The translations under genes and the position numbers were made by a program. Shown one piece after another: positions 27,501 through 39,725 of a DNA stretch of 64,000 nucleotides. The notes beneath the pieces are model-generated. The model searched no databases, was not told the origin of the DNA, and saw nothing but the letters and a program-made list of their open reading frames with translations. Source of the stretch: the human T2T-CHM13v2.0 reference genome, Homo sapiens. The stretch covers positions 5,120,001 through 5,184,000 of the forward strand of contig CP086569.2 in the NCBI GenBank assembly GCA_009914755.4. Reading direction: 5' to 3'. Within the stretch, counting starts at the first letter, position 1, and every line of letters starts with the position of its first letter.

Positions 27501-28495
27501 ATCCCCAGTTTTAAAACTATTAAGTGATTCACTCTTCGAAATATTTCCCCTATATTTACAACATAATTTAGAGTAGAATCGCCTTGTAATAATAAAATTA
27601 AAAACCCATATACTCACCTCTTGGTAAACAGCAAATGCAGCAAGAATACAATAGTATGTATGAAAGCAGAGAACACATTTGCTTGTAATGTGGGTGGGAC
27701 TGCCTCTTATAAGTAAGGTAATCATATTTGTTTATTTTCTTATCACTTTGTTATTGCTTCCATAATCACCGTGTAAGAAAGTGTAACAGCTTAAATCCTA
27801 TATCTTTCAACCTCATTGGGTAAATATAGTCAAACTTTTAAAGAATGTGGCACAGAGTATCATACTAGGGAATTGCTGTAATCGTTGGAGTAGGGTCTTT
27901 GGCCATGTCAGTTCCCATAGTTATTTACTTAAAGTGAAATCATCTTTACACAGCAATTGCTATTTTCCAGAGATGGGCCACGTTAAATTGTCCACTCTAG
28001 GTGATTTAGGGACCATAATGAAGATTGGCATCATGAAAGGCAACAGGAAATGCACCCCTTTGAAGAGAATGTGGCTCCTGTGCAACAGTGAAAATGCAAT
28101 AAGTACTGAATGCCAAGAGCAGGTGGCTGAGGATGGAGCAAAGTTCAAAAATTCACGTCTATTCTCAATAGCGAGTGGAATGGCCTTTTTTATTTTTTCT
28201 GAATGAATCACCCAAGGCCTCACTTTTTTTAAAAAAAAAAAAGCCTGATAACTTATATTGCTCAAAAGAGAAAATGTAAGAATGTAAGTCATTAATTTAA
28301 ATTCCTGATTTCTCCTTGCTTCATTATAATAAAGCAGATGAATGTGGTCACTACAATTGATGATCAGGAAGAATTTGAAAATAATGCATGTTGATGTCCT
28401 AATATTGTCTTTCTCACTAACTCTTATGATTGAGAATATATTTCTTTATTTCATTTAACTAATTTGGAAAAACGAAATCTAGTCTTTCTTTTACC

Positions 28496-28860
28496 TTGTG
28501 CTATGGTCAGAATGTTTGTTCCTACCAAAATTCATGTTAAAATCCTCACCCCTAAGGTGATAGTATTAGGAAGTGGGGCCTTTGGGAGGTGATTAGGTCA
28601 TAGGAGTGGAGTCCTCATGCATAGGATTAGTGCCCATATAAAGGAAGCCTGAGAGAGTCCCCTCACCTCTTCCACCAAGTCAGGACACAGCAAAGAGCCT
28701 TCTATGAACAGAAAGCAGGCCATTCCTAGACAATGAATCTGTCAGAACTTTGATATTGGACTTCCCAGACTCAAGAACTGTGAGAAATAAATCTCTGTTG
28801 TTTATAAGATATCTAGTTTATGGTATTTTGTTATAGGAGGCTAAGCAAATTAAGATACCC
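28496..28860 (+). mobile_element. solo MaLR LTR, MLT1-like
   Basis: gtgctatggtcagaatgtttgttcctaccaaaattcatgttaaaatcctcacccctaaggtgatagtattaggaagtggggcctttgggaggtgattaggtcataggagtggagtcctcatgcataggattagtgcccatataaagg...gacttcccagactcaagaactgtgagaaataaatctctgttgtttataagatatctagtttatggtattttgttatagg. The start and the ...ctgtgagaaataaat.tctgttgtttataagccacccagtctatggtattttgttatagcagc end are characteristic. Confidence 0.55.
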
Positions 28861-31266
28861 TGTATTACTTGTATCGATCTCATTAAGTATAAATCTATTT
28901 TAATTTATTATGTATCTTTTCAGTGTTATGTCTTTTTTTTATACCTAAGAGAATTGAATATATTGAAAGTTAATTTTTTAGGATATATTTTACTTTATGT
29001 TTTACCTGCAGATAAAATTTTGGTCAATGAATGTAGGAATAAAGCAAAACACATGCAGGATGGAGGAAGGAAGAAATTTTGGGCATATTTAGGATGTAGA
29101 ATGGACAATAATTGGTGACGTCTATGGGGCCAAAGCCAAGGACCCACAAGAAATGAAAAACAGAAAGTGCAGAAGACTGAGGGAAGGGCAATATGGACTT
29201 TGGTTTCGGAAATGTTGATTTTGAAATGTCTATAAGCAAACAGTTGTAGATCTGGAATGGATTCCATAGCTAAAAAAATTATAGGTCTAAATCTCAGAAG
29301 AGACATCTAACTGCACTGAAGGTAAATAATCATTAGATACAGATGGTCATTGATGTCATGGAGTAAAGATTCTAGAGACTCTTTTTTACACATTTATCCA
29401 TTTCATCAACAAATAATCTTGAGTGCCTATGATGTGCCACACACATAATGGTGAAAAGAGAATAAAACTCCTGTTACTGAAAACACAAAGATGTTGAATC
29501 TGTGCATTCATCTAATGTAGAATCTACATTTTTGGCTATTGTCAGATCCTTTTAGGTCCTAAATTGATACTTTTTAGACTTTTTTGAAAAATGTTATAAT
29601 ATTTCTGGTAAGTTTTTTGATTTTTTTTTTTTTTTTGCTTAGGTAGACTTTGTGCTAGCCTAGAAACTTGATTATTACATATTTCTTTGCCCATAATAAC
29701 CCAGTTTTTACTGTGACTTAAATTACTTTATTTCTCCTAGTGCTAAAGTTACCAATGACACAACCTGGGTAGTCACAGACAAGAAAAACTCCTCTACCTA
29801 TCATGCTCACAGATAGAGACAAAAATATGATCTTGGACAAACAATAATATTTTATTCCACCTCTGTTAGTTTCTTTTATTTTCTTTTAGCATCTAGAATT
29901 TGAGATCTGTAGGTTCTCATATTTATTTATTATAAATTCTTCTCATAAGGAACTTGCTTATAGGAAGTTGCTATTTCAGGCTATATAATCTCAATAAGGC
30001 AAGGACATTTATGGTTTCATCAATTCTCACTAATCTGCAGTCCTTCAGCCTTACAATCTGATTCTTGTGAAAAGCTGTCATCAGAAGGCAGTATCTATAG
30101 TGTACATTTTCCCTGTAAATTAATTGTGACACATTGAGTGGCGGTTCCTCATGCCTGGAGGCGTGGCTATTTTTTCATCTAATTTCATTTATGTTTTTTT
30201 TTGTGCCAAACTGCCTTTTGTTAGAAAAAATATATATATTCAACTTGATTAATTTGGGGGAGGATAAACATGCATTATTTTGTGTATGAGTTATCTTCAT
30301 ATTTTGGAGTGTGCAGAAGTGATTGGCTATTTTTGATGACCACTAATACAGTAAAATTTGGTATCTCATTATTTAAACTTATTGATCAGAAGGAAAGAAA
30401 AAGCACTGTGAGAACTGACTGTAATGAAAAGTCTATAAGGTACTACCTTAGCTTAAAACATCTAAATAGATTTCTCACAACAATTAAGGGTAAATATGTC
30501 CCTTGGTACATGCACACAATGAACAGCTTGGATTGTTGTATTTAATTTCTTACACAGTATGATAAAAGCAAACTAGTGGAATTTAAACTTTAGTTTAAAG
30601 CAAAGTTCATGTCTCTATGATAAAATTCAGTGAATCAAAAGCCAGTTTTTTCAGCCGACCTAATATCTCATTTATTTTATGACACAATAGATTTGATTGG
30701 CTCTGCCATTTGAGATATACAGGGCTAGAAATAAACTAAAGTATGTGTAATTCAGCAGCTGCAAGCATGTGATATCTAACTATCTCTTCATCATTGCATT
30801 TTAGGTTTTGTACATGGTAACTAGATCTTACTATAGCAAGCAAACACCACTATTACCTAAGAGCATCATATAAGATAGAATACTATAGGTAGTTTATTCC
30901 ACTGTGGGTAGAAGCATTTGATGCTTCTGTTAACTTTATAAATGTCCCTTAAAACACAATATTGACCCATGAAAATAATAGTAATTTTAGTCCTCCTCAG
31001 TGCCTTGTACCAAATACTTATTTAATATGCCTTTTCAAATGAGTTGTCTGTAACAGCAAACAAATCTATGTGACTAAGCATAAATTAATCTCTCCATCAA
31101 GTTTTACTGTTAGCATCCTTATTTTCTCACTCTTTAGGCAACTATTTTTAAAATAAATTATCTGAATATAAAAGATCTGAAGTGTAAGTTTTACAAAGCT
31201 TAAGATACAACATTTCAAAACTATTAATTCCTATTGTTTCCTTATTTTAGAAGTACTTGTAGGGTA

Positions 31267-31369
31267 TTTTATACTTTATACTTTGTATAAGTGCTTTATA
31301 CTTTATACATTGTATACAGTGCTTTATACTTTATACTTTGTATACAGTGCTTTATACTTTGTAAAAGTG
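31267..31369. repeat. minisatellite, ~3.5 copies of a 28-bp unit gtgctttatactttatacWttgtataca
   Basis: tttatactttatactttgtataa gtgctttatactttatacattgtataca gtgctttatactttatactttgtataca gtgctttatactttgtaaaagtg. Confidence 0.85.
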
Positions 31370-32740
31370 AAATACAGCTTTATTTCTTGCTTTTCTGATG
31401 TTACTGTTCCCTTACATTTAAAAATCATTTTAGGGTGATAGCATCATTCGCATTTCTACAGCGTTTGAAACACGAACATTTTAATGCGCAAAATATTTTG
31501 AATTTATGATGTATATTGCACAGGAGATAAATAAATAGAACATTATTTTCTCGAAATTGGTCCTATCTAAATTTGATATGCATAACTCAAATGATCAATT
31601 ATAATATGTGGGGATTCTTTAAAACATTGCAGGGAAAATATTGGAGATCAGCCAACTCAAAACAATGTTTTAGATCTCTAGAGTAGAAATGCATTTCTTC
31701 CCTTCATTTGTAAGTTTTCTAGATATCATCAAAAAGTGCTCATTTAGCTTTTTTGTTAAAGTTGTCTTTTACTACATCATACATATTTAAAAAGACATTG
31801 CATACAAGTAAATCTACTTAGTGTCTATATGCTCCAGGCACTATTCTGGGCACTGCAGGTCTTCATTAGCTCACTAAGGGGTCATTCATTTTAAAACCAA
31901 GAAAAAAAATCAGTAAAAAGTAAATATTTTGCTGTTTGGCTCCCAGATTTCCAAAACTGCTGGAAAATATATTTCTTAAAATGGCCTGTGTTGGGCCACT
32001 ACAAATTCATACTTCTAACTGTATCAGGGCTCTTGGCACCTCTGGGCAGTATTTTTTTTAATTAAATCTCTTATTATTTCTTAACACATTATCCGAAGAA
32101 GCTGATTTATTTATTTATTTTATTCATTTGAAACTCTTAGTCCCATGCTACGTCACTCACAATTTGCCAGGTATTATCTCAATTACTGTTTATTTAGGAG
32201 ATTAAGATAATTAAACCAGTTTTTTTCACCTTCTCGTCTATACTTTTCAGAATATTTCTGAATCTTTCCTTTCACTGTCTTTATTTTGGTTACTGTCTTT
32301 GAGAAAGAAGTATATCTCTCCTTTCAATTCCCCCTGTTTGCATCTTTAAGTTATTTCTCTATTTGGTCTTCCTATATCTCTCCACATGATCAGGTCTTTA
32401 TTATTTTAAAAGACAAATAATTCTAAACATCCTAAACCCTACTTTTGCTTCAGACATTTGCTGAAACTCTTCACTTCCTTTTCCCTCCAAACAATTTAAA
32501 AGATAATTTTATAACTGCTGTCATAACACATCAGCTCTTTAACTTCTTGCAACTAAGAATTATCTTTTCCAATTTTATAACCTTAAAGAAAACCAATGAT
32601 GACCAAACTCAGGTGACATTTCTCAGTCCATAGCTTTTTGAAAATCCCTGATTCATTAGATTTTTTTTACTATCCCCGTTTTACAAATGCTCTCTTCTCT
32701 CTGATAACTTGTAATATGCCACTGTTAGCTTTTAAAAGAT

Positions 32741-35265
32741 TTGTTGTGAAATACAGATAACATAAAACTTACCATTGTAGTAGTTTTTAAGTATACAGTT
32801 CAATGGCATTAAGTACATCACATTGTTTTGCAGCCATCACCATCATCCATCTCCAGAGCTGTTTTCATGTTACAAAAGTGAAACTCTTTACCCATGAAAC
32901 AGTGATGCCCCATTCCTCCTGGTACCCAAGCCACTGGCAAGCACCATTTTACTTTACGTTTGTATTAATTTGGCTATTCTTGTTACCGTGTATAAGTGGA
33001 CCCATGTACTATTTGTCTTTTTTTGGGTTATTTAACTTAGCATAATATTCTCAAGGTACACCCACATTGTAGCATCTGTCAAAAATACCTTCTGTTTTAA
33101 AGTGTATACCACATTTCATTTATCCACTTATCTGTCACTGGATATTTGGGTGGCTTTTACCTTTTGTCTACTCTGAAAATTTCTGCTATGAACAAGGGAG
33201 TACACTTGAATCTTAGAGACCCTGCTTCTGTGTGTTCATATCTAGACATAGAATTTCTGGATCATATGGTAATTCTACATTAAATTATGTGAGAAATCGC
33301 TACACTGTTTTCTATTGAGGCTGTACCATTTTATATTTCTACCAACAGTTTACAGGATTTCACTTTCTTCACATCCTCATCAACATTTGTTATTTTATGT
33401 TTTGATAGTAGCCATTCTAATGGGTGTGAAGTGATATCTCAATATAGTTTTGTTTTTCCCTAATTATTAGTTATGCTGAGTATCTTTTCGTGTGCATACT
33501 GGTCATATGTTCATCTTCCTTGGAAAATGGCTATTCAAGTCCTTTGCCCATTTTTTAAAGGAGTTATTTATTTACTTATTTATTATTTTTGATGTTGAGT
33601 TGTATGAGTTCTTTAGATGTTTTGGATATTAACCATATACCAGATGTAGGGTTTGAAAATATTTTTTCCACCCTGTAGGTTGCATTTTCATTCTGATGAT
33701 TGTGTTTTTTGACTCATGAAAGTTTTAAATTTTGTGTAGTCAAATGTATCTATTTTTTCTTTTATTTCTATATTTTTGTCGTTATTTCTAAGAACTCATT
33801 GCCAAACCCAATGTCATGAAGTTTTTTCTCTCTGTTTTCTTCTAATAATTTTATAGTTTTAGGTCCTACATTTATGTTATTGCATTTTGAGTTTTTCTGT
33901 ATGTGTTGTAAGGAAAGGGTCCACCTTCATTCATTTGCATGTGAGTATCAAGGTTTCCAATATCATTGGTTGAAAAGACTGTTCTTTTCTGATTAAATGG
34001 TTTTGGCATTCTTGATAAAAATCATTTGAGCCTTTGTTTTTAGGTTCCCTATCATGTGAACCTTTAATTTTAGGTTCTCTAATCTATTTTTTTTTGTCTA
34101 TTTATCTGTCTTTATTCTAGTACCATACCATTTTGATTATTGTAGATTTGTAGTAAGTTTACAAGTAACTTAAATGTGAGACTTTTTACTTTATTCTTCT
34201 TTTCAAGATTGTTTTCACTATTGCAGTTCTCTTGAAATTCCATATGTTTTTTGGATGGATTTTTCCATTTCTCTAAAAAACACCTTTTAGATTTTGATAG
34301 ATATTACACTAAATATGTAGATCTCTTTGGAAAGTGTTGAACCATGCACAATATTAAGTATTCTAATCCATGAACATAGAATAGCTTTCTACTTATTTGT
34401 GTCTTCTTTCATCTGTTTCAGCAAAATTTTGGAGTTTTCAGTGAATACCTTTCCCCTCTTTGGTTAGGTTTATACATACATATATTCTTGTTTTGATACT
34501 ATTGTAAACAGAAATGTTTTCCTAATTTTATTTTCATATTGTTCATTGTTAGTGTTTAGAAACCTAACTGATTTTTAGGTTCTGATTTTGTATCCTGCAA
34601 CTCTGCTGATCTTACTTATTAGTTCTAACAGGTTTTTTTTTTGAATAATCTTTAGGATTTTATACATCTAATATCATGCCATCTAAAAACAGAGATAAAC
34701 TTACTTCTTCTTTTCCAATTTAGATGACTTTCACTCTTTTTTCTTGCCTCATTGCTCTGGCTAGTACTTCCAGTAGTATATTGAATACAAGTGGTGGAAG
34801 CAGTTATCCTTATCTTATTCTTGATCTCAGAGGGAAATCTTACAGACAGTCACCATTGAATATGATATTAGCTGCAGGCTTTTCATATATGATATAATGT
34901 TAAAATAGTTTCCTTGTATTTGTACTTGGTTTAATGTGTTTTTTTTTAAATCATAAAAGAGCATTGAAATTCATCAAATGTTTTTCTTCATCCATTGATA
35001 TGATGAGGTATGTTTTTCCCTTCATTCTGTTAGGTGGTATAGTACAGTCATTGATTTTTGTATGTTAAACTGTCTTTGCATTTTCTTCTCAGAATAATTA
35101 CTACTCAGTCTCGGTGTGTAACCTTTTTAATATATTGTTGAATTCTGTTTTAAAGTATTTTGTTGTGGATTTTCATTAGAGATATTGGTGTGTAGTTTTC
35201 TTATAGTGTCTTAGTCTAGCTTTGGAATCATGGTAATGCTTTCCTCATATAATAGTCATGTGCTA
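32741..35265 (-). mobile_element. old L1 (L1M/L1PB-like), 3' half: ORF2 C-terminal half and 3'UTR, minus orientation
   Basis: + strand shows reverse-complemented old-L1 3'UTR/ORF2 landmarks (atacagataacataaaacttaccat...aagtacatcacattgttttgcagccatcaccatcatccatctccag...gtacacccacattgtagcatctgtcaaaaataccttc...tttatccacttatctgtcactggatatttgggtggcttttacc...ggatcatatggtaattctac...catctaaaaacagagataaacttacttc). About 75% identical to L1PA by eye. Ends inside the RT region at ~35265. Confidence 0.8.
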
Positions 35266-36000
35266 CTTAACAATGGCAATATGTTCTGAGAAATGCCTTG
35301 TTAGGGGATTTTGTCACTGTGCAAACATCATAGAGTGTACTTACATGAACTTACACTCTATAGCCTATTACATACTTAGGCTATATGGCATAGCCTATTG
35401 TTCCTAGGCTACAAACCTGTACAGCATGTTACTGTACTGAATACTGTAGGCAATGGTAACACAAAGGTAAGTATTTGTGTATCTAAACATAGAAAAGGTA
35501 GAGTAAAAATAGTACAAAAAATAGAAAATGCTACATTTGTATAGGGCACTAAACATGAGTAGAGTTTGCAGGACTGGAAGTTGCTCTGGGTGAGTCAATG
35601 AATAAATGGTGAGTGAATGTGAAGTCCTAGGCCATTACTTTACACTACTGTGTACTTTATAAACATGTACCAGGCTAACACTAAATTTATGAAAGAATAT
35701 TTTTATTTCTTCAGTAATAAATGAACCTTAGCTTTCTATGACTCTTTTACCTCGTAAACTTTTATTTTTTTCTAACTTTTGACTCTGTTGTAATAGCACT
35801 TAGCTTAAGACAAAAACACATTTTATAGCTCAAATCGTTTTCTCTTTGCTGGGCACAGTGGTGGGCACCTGTAATTCCAGCTACTTGAGAGGCTGAGACG
35901 GGGATTCCTTGACTCCAGGCTGTAGTGCACTAAAAAGACTGCAAGATTGCACCTGTGAATAGACACTCCACTCCAGCCTGGGAAACATAAGAAGACCCTT

Positions 36001-36049
<49 letters not shown>

Positions 36050-36450
36050 TTCTTTATATTCTTATGTTATGAGCTTTTTCTATTTTTTTCTATATTTTAA
36101 ACTTTTTAAATCTTTCTGTTAATAACTAATGCACAAACATTAGCATAGGCTTGCATAGGGTCAAAATAATCAATATCACTCTTTTCACCTCCACATCTTG
36201 TCCTTGTCCTACTGGGAGGTTTTCAGGGACAGTAACATGCACAGAGCTGTCTTCTCCTATGATAACAATGTCTTCTTTTGAAATACCTCCTGAAAGATCT
36301 GCTTGAGGCTGTTTTGTAGTTAACTTTTCTTTTTTCAATAAGTAGAAGGAATATACTCTAAAATAACAATTAAAGGTATAGTATAGAAAATATATAAACC
36401 AATAACATCGTTATTTATTATCATTATCAAGTATTATGTACTGTACATAA
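35266..36450. mobile_element. ~1-kb non-autonomous interspersed repeat (family not assigned) carrying a nested Alu-monomer insertion at 35848-36054
   Basis: 35266-35847 (...tgtgcaaacatcatagagtgtacttacatgaacttacactctatagcctattacatacttaggctatatggcatagcctattgttcctaggctacaaacctgtacagcatgttactgtactgaatactgtaggcaatggtaacacaa...) and 36055-36450 (...gcataggcttgcatagggtcaaaataatcaatatcactc...cctcctgaaagatctgcttgaggctgttttgtagttaac...tatcattatcaagtattatgtactgtacataattgtatgtg) match a repeat consensus I recognise but cannot name. Confidence 0.4.
35848..36054 (+). mobile_element. free Alu-monomer-like element (right-arm/FRAM-like, diverged) with a pure 50-nt poly(A) tail
   Basis: gctgggcacagtggtgggcacctgtaattccagctacttgagaggctgagacgggg...cactccactccagcctgggaaacataagaagaccc aligns to the Alu right arm (gccgggcgtggtggcgggcgcctgtagtcccagctactcgggaggctgaggcagg...cactgcactccagcctgggcgacagag) with a ~14-bp extra segment. 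It is followed by A50 at 36005-36054. Confidence 0.6.
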
Positions 36451-36479
36451 TTGTATGTGTTATACTTTTATACCACTGG

Positions 36480-36657
36480 CAGTGCAGTAGGTTTTTGTTG
36501 TTGTTGTTGTTGTATTGTTTTTTTAAAAAGTAAAGACAGGGTCACACCATGTTGCCCTGGCTGGTCTGGAACTCCTGGACTCAAGCAATCATCCTTTCTC
36601 AGCCTTCCAAAGTGCTGGGATTACAGGTGTGAACCACCACACCTGGCCAGTACGTTT
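36480..36657 (-). mobile_element. free left Alu monomer (FLAM-like), minus orientation, with T/TTG-rich tail on + strand
   Basis: Reverse complement reads ctggccaggtgtggtggttcacacctgtaatcccagcactttggaaggctgagaaaggatgattgcttgagtccaggagttccagaccagccagggcaacatggtgtgaccctgtctttac = Alu left monomer. It sits exactly at the 3' truncation point of the adjacent L1. Confidence 0.7.
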
Positions 36658-38650
36658 GTTTATACCAGGATTGCCACAAACACATGAGTAATGCATTGTG
36701 CTATGATGTTACAATGGCTATATCATTAGGTTTTAGCTCTTATTATTTTGAGATATGTTCAATCAATACCTAGTTTATTAAGAGTTTTTAGCATGAAAGG
36801 ATGTTGAATTTTATCAAAGACCTTTCTGCATCTATTGAGATAATCATGTGGTTTTTGTCATTGGTTCTGTTTATGTGATGGATTACATTTATTGATTTGC
36901 ATATGTTGAACCAGCCTTGCATCCCAGGGATGAAGCTGACTTGATCATGGTGGATAAGCTTTTTGATGTGTTGCTGGATTTGGTTTTCCAGTATTTTATT
37001 GAGGATTTTCGCATGGACGTTCATCAGGGTTACTGGCCTGACACTTTCTTTTTTTGTTGTGCCTCTGCCAGGTTTTGGTATCAGGATAATGCTGGTCTCA
37101 TAAAATGAGTTAGGGAGGAGTCCCTCTTTTACTATTGTTTGGAATAATTTCAGAAGGAATGGTAGTGGTTCCTTTTTGTACCTCTGGGAGAATTCGGCTA
37201 TGAATCCATCTGGTCCTGGGATTTTTGTTTTGGTTCATAGGCTATTAATTACTGCCTCAATTTCAGAGCTCGTTGTTGGTCTATTCAGGGATTCAACTTC
37301 TTCCTGGTTTAGTCTTGGGAGGGTGTATGTGGTCCAGTAATTTATCCATTTCTTCTAGATTTTCTAGTTTATTTGCATAGACATGTTTATAGTATTCTCT
37401 GATGGTAGTTTGTATTTCTGTGGGATCAGTGGTGCTATTCTCTTTATCATTTTTTATTATGTCTACCTGATTCTTCTCTCTTTTCTTCCTTACTAGTCTA
37501 GCTAGCAGTCTATCTGTTTTTAAAAAAAAACTTTTCATAAAACCGGTTCCTGGATTCACTGATTTTTTTGAAGGGTTTTTTATGTCTCTATCTCCTTCAG
37601 TTCTGGTCTGATCTTAGTTATTTCTTGTCTTCTACTAGCTTTTGAATTTGTTTGCTCTGGTTCTCTAGTTCTTTTAATTCTGATGTTCAGGTGTTGATTT
37701 CAGATCTTTCCAGCTCTCTGTTGTGGGCATTTAGTGCTATAAATTTCCCTTTTAACACTGCTTTAGCTGTGTCCCGGAGATTCTGGTATGTTGTCTCTTT
37801 GTTCTCATTGGTTTCAAAGAACTTATTTATTTCTGCCTTAATTTTGTTATTTACCCAATAATCATTCAGGAGCAGGTTGTTCAATTTCCATGTAGTGATG
37901 TGGTTTTGAGTGAGTTTCTTAATCCTGATTTCTAATTTGATTGCACTGTGGTCTGAGAGACTGTTTATTATGATTTCCACTCTTTTGCATTTGCTGGGGA
38001 GTTTTTTACTTCCAATTGTGTGGTCAGTTTTAGAATAAGTGCTATGTAGGTGCTGAGAAGAATGTATATTCTGTTGATTTAGGATGGGGAGTTCTGTAGA
38101 TGTCTATTAGGTCTGCTTGGTCCAGAGCCGAGTTCAAGTCCTGAATACTTTGTTAATTTTGTGTCTTGTTGATTTGTCTGATATTGACAGTGGGGTGTTA
38201 AAGTCTCCCACTATTATTGTATCGGAGTCTAAGTCTCTTTCTAAGTCTCTAAGAACTTGCTTTATGAATCTGGTTCTCCTGTATTGGGTGCATTTATATT
38301 TAGGGTAGTTAACTCTTCTTGTTGCATTGATCCCTTTACCATTATGTAATGCCCTTCTTTGTCTTTTCTTGACCTTTGTTGGTTTAAAGTCTGTTTTATC
38401 AGAGTCTAGAATTGCAACCCCTGCTTTTTTTCTTTTTTTTTTCTTTCTTTCCATTTGCTTGGTAAATCTTCTTCCATCTGTTTATTTTGAGCCTCTGGGT
38501 ATCTTTGCATGTGAGATGGGTCTCTTGAATACAGCACACCAATGGGTCTTGACTCTTAATCCAATTTGCCAGTCTGTGTCTTTTAATTGGGGCATTTAAC
38601 CCATTTACATTTAAGGTTAATGCTGTTATGTGTGAATTTGATCCTGTCAT
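36658..38650 (-). pseudogene. L1 ORF2 remnant (endonuclease and N-terminal RT), frameshifted and 3'-truncated
   Basis: see L1 feature; ATG of MTGSNSH at 38650 (minus strand). Confidence 0.85.
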
Positions 38651-38710
38651 TATGATCCTGGCAGGTTATTTTGCACAATAGTTGATGCAGTTTCTCCATA
38701 GTGTCATTGG

Positions 38711-39725
38711 TCTTTCTATTTTGGTGTGTTTTTGCAGTGGCTGGTACTGGTTTTTCCTTTCAATATTTAGTGCTTCCTTCAGGAGCTCTTGTAAGGCAGG
38801 CCTGGTGGTGACAAAATGCCTCAGCATTTGCCTGTCTGTAAAGGATTTCATTTCTCTTTCACTTTTGAAGCTTAGTTTGGCTGGATATGAAATTCTGCAT
38901 TAAAAATTCTTTTCTTTAAGAATGTTGAATATTGGCCCCCAGCCTCTTCTAGCTTGTAAGGTTTCTGCAGAGATCCACTGTTAGTCTGACGGACTTCCCT
39001 TTGTAGGTAACCTACCTTTCTCTCTGGTTGCTCTTAACATTTTTTCCTTCATTTCAGCCTTGGAGAATCTGATGATTATGTGTCTTGGGGTTGCTTTTCT
39101 CAAGAATTATCTTACTGGTGTTCTCTGTAGTTCCTGAATTTGAATGTTGGCCTGTCTTGCTAGGTTGGTGAAGTTCTCCTGGATAATATCCTGAAGTGTG
39201 TTTCCCAACTTGGTTCCATTTTCCCCATCACTTTCAGGTAAACCAATTAATCATAGGTTTGGTCTTTTCACATAGTCCTGTATTTCTTAGAGGCTTTGTT
39301 TGTTCCTTTTCATTCTTTTTTCTCTAATCTTGTCTTCACACTTTATTTCAGTAAGTTGATCTTTAATCTCAGATATCCGTTCTTCCACTTTATCGCTTGG
39401 CTATTGATACTTGTGTATGGTTCACAAAGTTCTCGTGCTGTGTTTTTCAGCTCCATAACGTCATTTATGTTTCTCTCTAAACTCGTTACTCTAGTTAGCA
39501 GTTCCTGTAACCTTTTATCAAGGCTCTTAGCTTCCTTGCATTGGGTTAAAACACACTCCTTTAACTCAGAGGAGTTTGCTGTTACCTACCTTCCGAAACC
39601 TACTTCTGTCAATTTGTCAGTCTCATTCTCCATCCAGTTTTGTGCCCTTGCTGAAGAGGAGTTGCGATCATTTGGAGGAGAAGAAGCATTCTGGTATTTG
39701 GAATTTTCAGCGTTTCTGTGCTGGT
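38711..39725 (-). pseudogene. L1 ORF1 remnant (disrupted)
   Basis: ORF1 C-terminus recognisable at 38711-38851; ~60-nt inter-ORF spacer to the ORF2 ATG; no long intact frame upstream; extent inferred from canonical ~1 kb ORF1 length. Confidence 0.6.

Noticed and set aside
27847-28292. Two mutually overlapping antisense ORFs of 119 and 110 aa
   Set aside because: No recognisable domain and no splice signals. Opposite-strand overlap in AT-rich unique DNA is typical of chance ORFs, and there is no supporting composition bias.
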